Source: Squalus acanthias
Taxonomy: Eukaryota
Direction of reading: 5' to 3'
DNA: 64,000 nt
NCBI GenBank assembly: GCA_030390025.1
Contig: CM059431.1
Coordinates: 125,924,001 to 125,988,000, forward strand
Both the position numbers and the translations under genes were made by a program. Under the pieces are notes generated by a model. It was given only the letters and a program-made list of their open reading frames with translations, was not told where the DNA came from and did not search any database. Below, in pieces: positions 38,901 through 49,071 of the stretch; within the stretch, counting starts at the first letter, position 1, and the number at the start of each line of letters is the position of its first letter.

Positions 38901-40523
38901 GGAGGTTATAAATACTGCCTCGTCCTGGTAGATGTGTTTTCCAAGTGGGTGGAAGCCTTCCCTTGTCGAACAGCTACGGCACTGGGTACAGCAAAAATCT
39001 TGGTCCGGGAAGTGTTCTCGCGGTGGGGACTCCCCCGTTTCGTGGAGTCAGACCAAGGGAGTCATTTCACCGGCCAGGTGATGCAGAACACCCTCATGCT
39101 TTTGGGCATTGAAGGGAAGTGGCACGTAGCGCACAATCCCCAGTCATCCGGGATTGTTGAACGTATGAACCGGACCCTGAAGGAGAAATTGAGGAAAGAG
39201 ACTAGGAACTCGCCCCAAAAATGGGCGGAAGTTCTGCCTTTAGTCCTCATGGGGGTCCGGGCCAGTCAGTCAAAAAGTACGGGGTACTCCCCGCACGAGG
39301 TAATGACCGGCAGGCTCATGCGAACCCCCACCCATGTGCTAGCCCCGGTGCTCACTGAGGGTCAGCTTCAAGAGATCAGCAGGGACAAGTTCGCCCAAAC
39401 TCTCTTGGAGCGCCTGAAGCAAGTTTATGAGCAGGCGGCTGGGAACATGGGAAGGCAGCATCAGGGCAATCGCTTGTTGCTGGAACCCCGCAAAACGCGG
39501 GAGTGGGAAGTAGGAGACCAGGTCATGGTCAGAAACTACGCCAGAGTAGGGAGTCTGGAACCACTGTATATGGGACCCTACAACATTGTAGACAAGGCGA
39601 GTCCCATGGTTTACGCCGTAAAGGTACCTCGGCGCACTAAGTGGTTCCACATAAACCAATGCAAACTGTACCAGCCGGGTGCGCAGGGGAAAACTACAGG
39701 GGTAAATCCCGCCAATGGGAAAACACAGCCCCAGGTAGGACCACAAGGCACACAGGCAGGCGTAGCAGCTTGCATCAGAGGAAGGGACATCCCGGACGAT
39801 CATGCAGCGTTTTTCTGGAGTTGGGGGTTGGATGACGAAGAACCCAGGGTACCCTGGTCAGATGAGGATAGTGCAGATGAGCATAGTGATGATGACGGGT
39901 GGTTCCTGAGGAACGGTCTGGGGGGAATGGGGCCGATAGGTAGAGATCCACACGGGGTGGACACACAAGCTGCAGGTCCCGACAACAGGAGGGAGGAGCT
40001 AGAGGAGGCAGGGCCAGCCGCTATAGGAGCACAGAGAGTACCAATGTGGTTCCCAGAGATGTGGCCGCCCGCTTTGAACGTCCAGTCCTCAGGGGAGGCA
40101 GAGATCACGAGTGAAGGGCCGCCTGCTGGGCCGAGCAGGGCGGAGCCACGAACTGCCAGCCCCGAGGTTAGGGAGGCGGAGTCAGCGGAGGCGGAGCCGG
40201 CGACTGTGATGGAACCCCAGGTCGTCCCGTTAGAGGTCTCGGAACCCGGTCCGTCCGTCACGGAACCCCCGCCCATAGCAACTCCCCGTAGGTCAAGTAG
40301 AGAACCCCAGCCCAGGAGGATGTGGTCATGTCCCCAGACTGCCCCAAGGCGTAAAATTCAGGTTAAGATAACCCGGGTAGAGACAGGCCACATCGCAGCA
40401 GTAACAGGCTGCGGCAGATCAGAGGAAAGGGTCAGCGCAGCAACAGGCTGCGGCAGATCAGAGGGAAGGGTCAGTGCCCTCCCACCGTCGGGAAGAGCTC
40501 GCAGCAGCCTTCTCAGAATTTAA
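36000..40523 (+). CDS. pol: Pol (protease, RT, tether, RNase H, integrase, C-terminal extension), in frame with gag past a single TGA
   Basis: LLDTGA; LPQGFHNSP and YVDD; degenerate RNase H-like tether; IYVDGSS..SAQQAEL..SDS..GNRQADALA; HHCC; QIDYIG..ESDQGSHF..GIVERMN; GPY. Confidence 0.96.
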   Translation, partial: LEPAQPVYLCPLSYDAWRRPVVEMEVEKQKGSYLLDTGASCTIIHTDDPFDSPLSTKVPFTLAGFTGKEQAGTFSLPLSIRLGTLRLKWKCILMAWQKGGGRGILGSDLLAGHGILVDLRNHCLWGAKGEKGEVMVIQGEEETGVLCTVQPSGGYDLRLMVADVPTDMQTYVSDNMHAFATHKHDCGRVVGFEVSVDGDPMTRPQKQYNFPKEAEPDMETAMSSLVQQGVLRPIATHVNSPLWPVRKPDNSWRATVDYRVLNSNIPACAPTVAAVADLIGSIPASATTFTVLDISNGFWSIPLRREDQYKFAFTFKGQQYTWNCLPQGFHNSPSIFHQCMAGSLKEFSQPNQIVQYVDDLLLFTDSREEHGPLLDELLELLARKGFKVNPKKARIGQQEVKFLGLTLRAGERVIDKARRESVQELPIPNNVRGVRSFLGLTGYCRDFIEDYAATAAPLLRLLHKGVEWLWDEGCQAAFEKLKRDLQTAPALGAIDGGKEFFLEVAASGDSLSAVLLQERHGKLRPVVYSSRVLTDVERSFSNCKRHLLATHWAVKRSAIFTGLSPITLLTHHTPTKMLLDGRIKDRTVSSARIARWTLLLSQLDLRVKGLCEPRLAANLVYPGTAHRCSVEGVWDVNIGLWAGIHPTGREIYVDGSSTVSAGERLTGCGVYDPAADLALAIKLPSTMSAQQAELSAVVYVVTHPDIFPTPYTICSDSMFTCNSCTEYLAIWSRRGYTSADGRPLTVKPLLEKILAAAVGEEGEIFIHKVKAHSSTEPRGEGNRQADALAREGARDGTFWNPYRTGPIAAVRGGDGNTGNTRVALPLDLKTVQAQDPALKAVLKTIAEGRQVEGPYSTATLSVKEGMLFRGEQWVVPQQHRREFLQLAHEGPGAGHPGPEVTWQRVEQAGWWPGLREQVREFCANCLVCAANNPDPQKRKVPMGHVRRVEGPWQSIQIDYIGPLPTTQGGYKYCLVLVDVFSKWVEAFPCRTATALGTAKILVREVFSRWGLPRFVESDQGSHFTGQVMQNTLMLLGIEGKWHVAHNPQSSGIVERMNRTLKEKLRKETRNSPQKWAEVLPLVLMGVRASQSKSTGYSPHEVMTGRLMRTPTHVLAPVLTEGQLQEISRDKFAQTLLERLKQVYEQAAGNMGRQHQGNRLLLEPRKTREWEVGDQVMVRNYARVGSLEPLYMGPYNIVDKASPMVYAVKVPRRTKWFHINQCKLYQPGAQGKTTGVNPANGKTQPQVGPQGTQAGVAACIRGRDIPDDHAAFFWSWGLDDEEPRVPWSDEDSADEHSDDDGWFLRNGLGGMGPIGRDPHGVDTQAAGPDNRREELEEAGPAAIGAQRVPMWFPEMWPPALNVQSSGEAEITSEGPPAGPSRAEPRTASPEVREAESAEAEPATVMEPQVVPLEVSEPGPSVTEPPPIATPRRSSREPQPRRMWSCPQTAPRRKIQVKITRVETGHIAAVTGCGRSEERVSAATGCGRSEGRVSALPPSGRARSSLLRI

Positions 40524-40809
40524 AGGGGCCGCCCTGAGAACGGGCGGCACTGTAAAGTTATTAGGTTAAGTTTTAAGTTTTAGTTCAAGGTTAAGTTTGT
40601 AGTTTTAATAAGGCTAAGTTTGTAGTGTTTTGAACAGAAAACGATAAAATGATGGGAGTTTTAAGGCTAGGTTTAGAGGAAGTCTATTCAGCAAAGGTTG
40701 AAGTTTACGTGAGGCGAGGTCAGGGGACCCGCTCACCCTTCACAACAGCCAGAGACCTTTTTGCGAGGCTGGCTACCTCATTCTATCTGATCACAGGAAC
40801 CAAGGAAGG

Positions 40810-43161
40810 ATGGAACGACTTCTAGTATTGCTCGTGGCAATCGGATGTGGATTGGCCTATCGAGGCCACACCAAGGATGTCGTGGTGTTTGGATGTTCCG
40901 GGGACACGGCCCCCATCGCGGTGGATGGGACCGGAAGACGGAAGGCAGAGGGGACCAGCACCTATTTCCACAAGGGAAGGTGGCCAGGATGGCTGGGAAC
41001 GAACTCAACGGAGTATTCCAGCACATCGGGGTTCGCCTACAAAGAGACTTCTTTAATGTGCCCCAAAGTACGGATCATCGCACCCAGGATCAGCGTCACC
41101 GTCGGCAAACGGATTTGTTTGACCTGTAGTGGGGATGTCCCATTGAGCCGATGGTGGTGGCTGCGAAAGCTGAGCAAAACTATGAGAAACTCTTCGGTCG
41201 AGTGGGAACGACTGGGTAATAATACCCATCGGACAATTACGGGGACAGACGGACAAGTGAAAGTCTGTTGGGACAAATGGTGGGAACCGGATGAGGGGAT
41301 TTATGTATGTATGTGGGGGTCAAAGTACGTTTGCCCCAAAGGCATCTCCATATTTTTTATTAATCAGTGGCAGGATAACGGACAGGGGATGAGGTGGGAT
41401 GCGAGCACCAGGGGGTGCGGAGCCCCATTCTCCCCGATCCCAGTAAATGCCACTGAACTCATTACGCGCCCACGCAAAGCCCCGCCCACGATTCCGGTGG
41501 TTCTAGCTGAGGAAGAAGGGTGCCCTAAAACTAGTAAGGGACCCGGGAACGGTTTGGTACTGGTCCCCACAGACCAGATACTATTTCAGGGGGTACATTA
41601 CGCGGTGGCCTCGGTGATTTTAAATCTCACTGAGGTACGGTTACCAGAGTGGTGCCCCAAAAAGACGGAACAGTTGTATCAGGTCCTGTTGACCAAGATG
41701 TTCAGACAATTTTACGAGTTTGATTTTGCAGAAATTGATAAGGCAAGTTTGTACACCGCACCGCAGGAAGTTTTGGATCAAGTAGGGAGGCAAAGAAGGG
41801 GTTTGGTGAACGATGCGTTCACTGCTTTTAACACAGGGACATCTGTGGTCAACGCTCTAGACAGTGTGGAGCTGCAGACCCAGATTAATGGTTTAAAAAC
41901 ACAGTTAAAAGACATTCTAACAGATGAGAATAAAGTGGTAGGGTCGGGTCTGCATGAGGACCAAGCCATGACTCTCCATTTAAAGGAAATTATAGCAGAG
42001 CTGGAGAAACATGCGCGTACGGTAAATGCCCTGATCAGGGAAGATCGGAATGCATCCGATCAAGCTGCGCAGAACGAGGTGTGCGTGCTTTACGGGGCGT
42101 GGTTACTGGGCGAGGGCCGCAGTAATTTGGAGGATTTAAAACAAGGTTTGGTTCCGTCCTGGATAAGTAACAAACACCTACGGGCGCTCCACCCTTTTCA
42201 GAACGCATTAAGTCCGTGCCAGCTCAGGCTAGCTTCGGAAGCTTACCCAGTCCCCGTGGACTGCGGACGTTCAAACCATACTATTATGGGAATAGTATTA
42301 CGCATGCCGGTTTTGGGCAACACAGCAAAGCCCGCCCCGGTATATCGGGTAGAGAACATTGGTGTCATTCAGGGGGGAGCCCACATTCGTTATGCAGCGG
42401 TTCCACCTTACGTCATCCGCTGGGAGCAAACGATGACAGGTACAGATCTCTCTGGTTGTCGTGGCAGGGGAGCACACATAATACTGTGCCCCCAGCACTT
42501 GAATGCCTTTTTAACACCACAGTGCGGGTTCAGAACGGCTGGCGCCAAGTCCATGAATTGCACCATGGAGGCAATGGCACAAGATCATGTGCCTCCGCAG
42601 GTAGCATACATCGGGGGTGGAACATATTGTGTTACCACTGCAGCGCAACACTACCAGCATGGAAACCGTAGCCGGTGTCCGGTGAGTGACAGCAGTTTCT
42701 GTTTTAAACCCAGGGCTGAAGTTCAAGTAGCACAACAGCGAATTATCCCAATCCCTGAACCATCCACTGTTCATCTCACAGTAAAAGAGAATTTCACCGA
42801 CTTGCAGCGATTTGTCGCACATTTTGGATACCTCATTCCCCCTCTCCCTGAGCATTTAACCAAACTTCTGAAAGCCGTCGCGGTATCACAGAAACATTTT
42901 TATACATTAGAACAGAAAACTGTCGAAATAGGAACAGACATTTTGGACATAGTGGTTCCACCGTGGTGGAATCTGTTCACCAATATTGAAGTGCCTTCAT
43001 GGATCCGAATAGCCTCCCACATTTTAGTCGTCTGTCAAGTGTTTATTGTAGTGTACCTATTGTTCATACATTGTAAAAGAGACAAGCGCCTCACCAAGCA
43101 TGAAAACACGGGAGAGTGGCGAGAACGTTACGTGCGCGTGCACGATGAGAGCACCGTGTAA
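40810..43161 (+). CDS. env: Envelope glycoprotein, 783 aa: signal peptide, Ig-like segment, furin site, F-protein-like fusion subunit, TM anchor
   Basis: MERLLVLLVAIGCGLA signal; RQRR|GLVNDAFTAF; heptad repeat; Cys-rich region; ILVVCQVFIVVYLLFI TM; N-glycosylation sequons; upstream acceptor-like TTCTATCTGATCACAG ending at 40796. Confidence 0.9.
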   Translation: MERLLVLLVAIGCGLAYRGHTKDVVVFGCSGDTAPIAVDGTGRRKAEGTSTYFHKGRWPGWLGTNSTEYSSTSGFAYKETSLMCPKVRIIAPRISVTVGKRICLTCSGDVPLSRWWWLRKLSKTMRNSSVEWERLGNNTHRTITGTDGQVKVCWDKWWEPDEGIYVCMWGSKYVCPKGISIFFINQWQDNGQGMRWDASTRGCGAPFSPIPVNATELITRPRKAPPTIPVVLAEEEGCPKTSKGPGNGLVLVPTDQILFQGVHYAVASVILNLTEVRLPEWCPKKTEQLYQVLLTKMFRQFYEFDFAEIDKASLYTAPQEVLDQVGRQRRGLVNDAFTAFNTGTSVVNALDSVELQTQINGLKTQLKDILTDENKVVGSGLHEDQAMTLHLKEIIAELEKHARTVNALIREDRNASDQAAQNEVCVLYGAWLLGEGRSNLEDLKQGLVPSWISNKHLRALHPFQNALSPCQLRLASEAYPVPVDCGRSNHTIMGIVLRMPVLGNTAKPAPVYRVENIGVIQGGAHIRYAAVPPYVIRWEQTMTGTDLSGCRGRGAHIILCPQHLNAFLTPQCGFRTAGAKSMNCTMEAMAQDHVPPQVAYIGGGTYCVTTAAQHYQHGNRSRCPVSDSSFCFKPRAEVQVAQQRIIPIPEPSTVHLTVKENFTDLQRFVAHFGYLIPPLPEHLTKLLKAVAVSQKHFYTLEQKTVEIGTDILDIVVPPWWNLFTNIEVPSWIRIASHILVVCQVFIVVYLLFIHCKRDKRLTKHENTGEWRERYVRVHDESTV

Positions 43162-43583
43162 TAGGAAAATGGCGTCACTCCCGCTCGCCGCGTGCGCCGC
43201 GGAAGTTTGTACTCATTGTAAATACGTTGGAAACTCGACATGTTTAAGAGTTAGGATTTGTTTATTTTGGTGATGGTGTTGATTGTTTGGTTTTGGGTTT
43301 TGTTTTTCCTTTCCCTGAATAAAAGACAAATATACAGGTGATGCGTGAGGTATCGGCCTGGTTACGCCGGGAAGGAAAACAAGTGGTGTAAGTTTAAGGG
43401 CAAATGATGCCTACGGTGATATAAAATGTGATTTTCTTGGGAAATAAGGACGACACAGAGACCCTAGTTAAGTTAAAATTTATGGGATTAATTTACTGGA
43501 TTCGGAGTGAAATCGAGATAAGATTGCTCACCACTGTGATTTTTGATACGATAAGCGGAGTTATTCGCATCAACAGGAGGGAC

Positions 43584-45295
43584 TGTAGAATTCGCAATAT
43601 ATCGCGATTTGTTTAATAAGGAGAAAACACAAAGTTTCGTTCAAACAGCTTTTATTTCAGTAGAATGCTGTCAGGTTTAAATTGGACACAAGCAGCCTGT
43701 AAAATGGCCGCCGCACCTCGTGACAGAACATTCTAGACTTTTCAACAGGCAGACAAGATGGCGTTCCATCAAACGTTTTTTCAAGATCGATAACGATTCA
43801 GCACAGTGAAGATAATACACGAGACATTATGGGTTTACAGTATAAACATAGATACTGAAATCGGTCTCCCAGGTACAAAGGAAAGCCATTGTACCGAGTA
43901 ATCAAGGGCCCATCCAAAGGACATTAATATGTAAACTCCCAACGACTCTACGATGAGAGAGCCGTTAGCAGGTAGTTATACAGGACACTTGGAAGCCCCA
44001 AACCCCTCCAGGGAGAACACCGACCGATTTAACAATGGGAGAAATATTAACAGGTACTCAAACATTCATGAGTAGCCCCGAAACCCATTAAGGACGGAGA
44101 TCACCCATACAAGACATTTGGGCGCCAAACCCTAAACAAAAGAATGGACATTATAGTTGGGCGGGAAACGGAAGATTTTTGCACTATAATTGCAGGCCCC
44201 AAACCGTCCATTCGCTCTCTTGCCGCGCTTGCTCGCTTGCTGCTTTTATCATCGTGGCTGCTCCTGTGTTTTATCCGGTCGATTCGTAACCTCGTGGCTG
44301 CTCCTGTGTACTCGTAGTTGGGCTTCTGCGTGCCTGTTGCCTCTTCTGAAAAGACTGTTGAACTTTCTGATCCGTTCGGATCTACCTCGTGTCGCGTAAC
44401 GAAGACCTATGTTGGTAACTGGCAGCGGAACCAAAGGCCCGAGATGAGATGAGATGAGATGAGAGGAGAAGAGAAGAAGACCATATCCATCGCCACGGTC
44501 AGTAAATCCCGACCGCGCCTATAGGTCGATCAGCCAAGTTTTCTCGCCAGGAAGTTTTCTTCTTTAAACTTCTAACAAAACATATTGCATCAATGATAAC
44601 TGGACTGTGCAAACACATCGTATCAATGATATTGACAACGGTGCTCCAAGATTAAACTTTGAAGCCCACCAACAGAGGTCTTCACCACAGCGGACGGTCC
44701 AGCCTACTAGCCGGAGCAGCAGAAGCAAGTAAACAAGTGGGACCAGGAGATCTCCTGACCGACACGTGGGAGCTGCGGTGAAAAACATCCGATCAGCTAT
44801 TCGGAATTTCTCCGAGTTATTACGAGTGGTGAGCATGAGTCTCGAGATCCTACGAAGCTAGTTTAGGATAGATATTGATAGGGGAGGGTTTAAAGATTAA
44901 GGATATTTGTAATGTGTGCCCTATTTACGTTGTGCCGTTCGTTCCTCGTTTCCCTAAGATTGACTATAACCGTTTGTAAGATTGTACTGTCATTAATCTG
45001 TGCGTATGACATGTATTTCATAATTTTAAGTATCATGCAATAAAGATTTTCCATTTCGTACCATTCAAACCAAGTCTACATGAGTTTTATCTCCATTACT
45101 GCTCTCGCATCTAAGTCCAGTGTCTAGAACCGTAAGGGAGAGTGATTCGAACCACTCACAGGTGTGTCTAGTGTTCCCAGACTGGCTGGAGACCAGAACA
45201 GGCAACCAGGCCTAGACCCGCACTGACATACAGGCTGCACAGAGCCGCGTGAATCTCACAGGCTGCGAGACACGCAGGGTCAGGAATCCCTTACA
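43584..45295 (+). repeat. 3' LTR (1712 bp)
   Basis: Same length as the 5' LTR; one substitution found by eye (T32782 / C43894). Confidence 0.97.
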
Positions 45296-45666
45296 GTTTT
45301 TAGATTTTCAATCCCAGTTTGTCATGTTACAATAAGGCCAGAATTATTTCAGAGAATGGTGTATTTTTCTGAATATGGCTTATTCCTTCACACAACCCTC
45401 TTGACCAAGAAATGAACTCGAGCATTGAGTCAATGTTACTAATAAGGTTACAATAGCACATTAATTTCATGAAATTCACAAAAGCCTAATCATGTGCTAC
45501 ATGAAAATTCCTTTTAAGTCATCCTAGGACAATGTTTTGCCTTATTTTAAATTGAACACAATTTAAAAGGATGACAGGTACATTGTCATGCAATTACAAA
45601 ACAACATGTACTTAGAATGTCCAATCGGCAGATGTACGTTCTGTAGAGGTGAGTTATTCATATGAG

Positions 45667-46014
45667 TCAAGGAGACGTCATTTGGAAGTAGCTGAAGCTT
45701 GACACGCTGTTCCTTCGATCCAGCGTGTGGACACATTCTTGTTTTCGTAAAGGCCTTGCCAGGCGCTCAGTTGATTCCATCTTCATCCGCGGTGTTTTCC
45801 TCCTTCGTTGAAGTAACTTGTTGATCTTTCTTTGTTTCGGTTGTGGCTTTTCGCGAATCCAATTCCTGAGGCGTTGCCAAGCATCGTGTGGAGGAGTCGG
45901 CGACACCGTCTGACTGACCGTCGTCAGTAGTTCGATCGCATCCATTTCCTGTGTCGTGCTCCAAGCTGGGTCTTGAAAGACAGTGTACAACTGCACCTTG
46001 TATTGTTCCTCCAT
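45667..46014 (-). pseudogene. Possible env leader remnant of the foamy-like provirus
   Basis: ATG-initiated ORF overlapping the pol 3' end where env would start. No recognisable motif; under 300 bp remain before the LTR. Confidence 0.35.
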
Positions 46015-48943
46015 TCCGGTATCCCGCAGGACATCTTTTGAGATTGTCTATGGAGACAGTTTTAAGAATATGCTTGCCATTCGGCTGATTAATATGTATT
46101 TTAACTGTTCTTTTGTTAATAACAGTATGTATTTGAACAGGTTTTTTCCACTTTGGTTTTAAACCAGGTTTTTGCTCAAACTTCTTTTCCTGTACCCATT
46201 CTCCTACTAGGGGTTGCCATGCTTTGTTTGTCAATTTTTTCTGCCTATTTGCCTCCCTTATCCTCTGATCAATTTGATGAATCTCCTCTGTTATTTCTTT
46301 TTTTAAATCTAACTGTCGCTGTCGGGTCAAGGACTCAGAGAGTGCAGAGGCAATAAAAGAACTATGGGTATGCGGTGTATGCATCTCAACCCCATACATC
46401 AGATAATATGAAGTTTTAGGGGACACTGTCCCTGATGCAGATGCGGGCACATTATTAAGTGATAGCTGCACCTCTGGAATGACGGTGGTCCACTTATTTC
46501 CCCTGATTCTCAACAGTTTGACCAATAGCTTTTTTACTTCCTGGTTTTTACGTTCCACCAGCCCCGCTGATTGCGGATGACGTGGCGTGCTGTGCTCTAA
46601 CCCAATCCCCCTTTGTTCGCAGTAGTCTTTGAAGACCTTGGAGACAAAGGCTCCGTCTTTAACAGAGTGTAAGATTTTGGGTGCACCAGCTACAGTAATT
46701 ATGTCAGTAATAGCATTGGCGAGTTCGTTTTCCGAAACAGTTTTTGTGGGGACCAGCCAGCAGAAGGAAGTGCATCCATCTACACAAACGAGAACATATC
46801 TGTATCCAAAAGACGGGGGAAGTGGTCCAATAAAGTCAATAAAGAATTTTCCCATTGGCTCTTCAGCTTTCACAGGAGCCAATGGTGGTAGCTTAATTAG
46901 TGATGATTTATTGATTAAATAGCATGGCTCACAATTTGCCACGTATGTTTTACAGGCCTTAAGCATGCCTGGCCATCAATATAAGGGGGTCAATTTGCAG
47001 AATGTTGTTCTGGCACCACAATGTGCTAGACCTATGCCCTCGTGAGCTTCTTTTACAAGCTGTTCTCGTTTGTGTCTCGGGGGTACTTCTCTGTTTTCCT
47101 TGGGCAACTTAACTAGCACAATACCAGTAGGGATTTCCGAATAAAAGTACTTTGGTGGATATCCTGGTGGATTCTCTTTTGTTGGGTCTAATAGCTGAAT
47201 CAGTTCCTCATCCTGATTAGCTGCCCGTTCTGCCCTAGTGATTACACTAATATTGGCAGGCCTCTCTTGAGGGGATGTCATGCAGACCGAACGTTTCACT
47301 TGTTCATCTGCAAGACTGTTTCCTTTTGAGTGTACTGTCCCAGTGGTATGCCCGTTTACATGAAACACCTGAAAATTCTGTTTCTCCATTCTCGAACGGA
47401 GAATGTCTTCCCACAATGACTTATGTTTTATGGGTTTACCCTTATGATTGGTAAAATTTGTTTGTTCTCAGAAAACTAGATCTTGGTTATATCCTCTTTT
47501 ACAGTAGTCACTATCCGTACAGATTAGTGTGGGTTTAATAGGGTCTGCCTTTTCTAAAGCATACCATAATGCTGCAGCTTCAGCATATTGTGCTGTCTTA
47601 TGGCCAAGGGGTATGGACAGTAATTCTTCTGGATAAAAAGAATAGGAATCTCGAAAAGTCCCTACTACTATCCCCATGCCAACTGAGGATTGTTGGGATG
47701 TCCCTTTTTTAATCGTCATTGAAGATCCATCGCAGTAAATGACTTGATGGTATTCTGTAAGCGGTCTCACAGGCATTTGTCTGATTCCCTCCTCCGTATC
47801 ATCATCCTCCTATGATGGGGAGATGCTCTAAGTCCATTTCCGGGGAGAGGAATTTAAAAATGAGTGTAGGATCATTCAAGAATGATGCCCATTTATCATA
47901 TTGGATCTGGGTGGCTCTTTTTTATGTTGATTAAATACCCAGCTGTTGTAAGTCTGGATAAAACACTATCAATGGCTTTCAAGTGTTCTTGGAGATTGTC
48001 ATGTGACAGATATATGTCGTCCACATAAGAATTGACGTTAGGTAGGTCTTTTAAAAGGTCAATGATGTGGGCTGAAAAGAGAACGGGACTGTTTTGAAAT
48101 CCCTGGGGCAATCTGGTCCAGCAGTGCTGATGGCCATCGGGTCCAGTCATCACTGTTTTTGGCCAATTAGCTTTTTCGATTGGATGTGACCAGAAGCTGT
48201 TTGCCAGATCAATACAAGATTTATATTTTTTCCTCGTGATTCCAGAGAAGGGCTGTGGAATTTTGCTGTTGTGCAGTATGTGGGGCCATTACCCTAGTTA
48301 AGGCTATATAATCGACCACTAATCGCCACCTCCCATCTGGTTTAGCAACACCAAACAATGGTGAATTAGTTCTAGATGACATTTTGAATAAGACACCTTG
48401 TTCTGTTAGTTCTTTGAGCGTTGTTAGCAGATCTATTTTTCCTTTGTGGTCTTGAATAGGCCACTGTTTTTTAGGTTTGTGCCAGCCAGCATCAAATGGG
48501 TGGGGTTTGATGTCTATCTTTCCACATTGATTTGGATGGCGTTGTAGATACGGGTAGTATCTATTAATTAGTTGCTCGAGGAGGTCTTTGCCTCCCCCCG
48601 CTAGGCAAGTTCGATCAAGCTGTGTCCGAACATGTTTTTCCCTGTCATCCTGGTCTGTGGATGCTTCTACAGGTCTGGTTGAGATTTTAAGGTACTGTTT
48701 CATGTCTGGTTGTCTTATAATGAGGGAACAGGTCAATTGTGGTACCAGTCCTACATCTAGGGTCACCGTGATTCCATATATGGTAATAGGTATTTTGTAA
48801 AAATTAATTATTTTGGTTTTGTCTTGTGTGAATCCCCCTAATGGTCTTTTACAAATTGGGCTCCCCAAATCTGTCCACTTAGTTTTTATAATTGCAAGAT
48901 CTATTACAGTGTAATCAGCTCCAGTATCAAACAGGGCCTTCAC
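45767..48943 (-). pseudogene. pol: Foamy-like pol (protease, RT, RNase H, integrase) with stops, frameshifts and an internal deletion
   Basis: LFDTGA; KPDGRWRLVVDY; CWTRLPQGFQNSP; YVDDIYLSHD; YCDGSS..GMGIV..IPLGHKTAQYAE; NQDEELIQLL..GYPPKY; KFFIDFIGPLPPS.GY.YVLV; HPQSAGLVERKN. Confidence 0.93.
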
Positions 48944-49071
48944 TTATGTGTTTGTGGGCAAGGTTGCCAAGGCATAGGGGAATTCAAGAGGCCCTGGCTG
49001 GGTGCCCGGCCTTCCATCCTGGGATTGTTCATCCTCAGGATCCTGAGCTTCATTTGCTGCTTTGTCTTTAA

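Larger units (their letters stand above)
32472..45295 (+). mobile_element. Full-length, apparently intact lokiretrovirus-like provirus (LTR-gag-pol-env-LTR, 12824 bp)
   Basis: 1712-bp direct repeats TGTA..TACA, TSD GTTT (32468-32471, 45296-45299), PBS, short PPT (CAGGAGGGAC) and three open frames. Confidence 0.93.
31311..45392 (-). repeat. Foamy-like 3' LTR (31311-32471 plus 45300-45392), split by the 12.8-kb provirus
   Basis: Collinear with 50853-51064 plus 54478-55516. Purine-rich AAGAGGG immediately upstream on the minus strand. Confidence 0.92.

Noticed and set aside
39800..40276. 158-aa antisense ORF as a possible accessory gene
   Set aside because: Low-complexity mirror of the GC-rich pol extension with no independent support.
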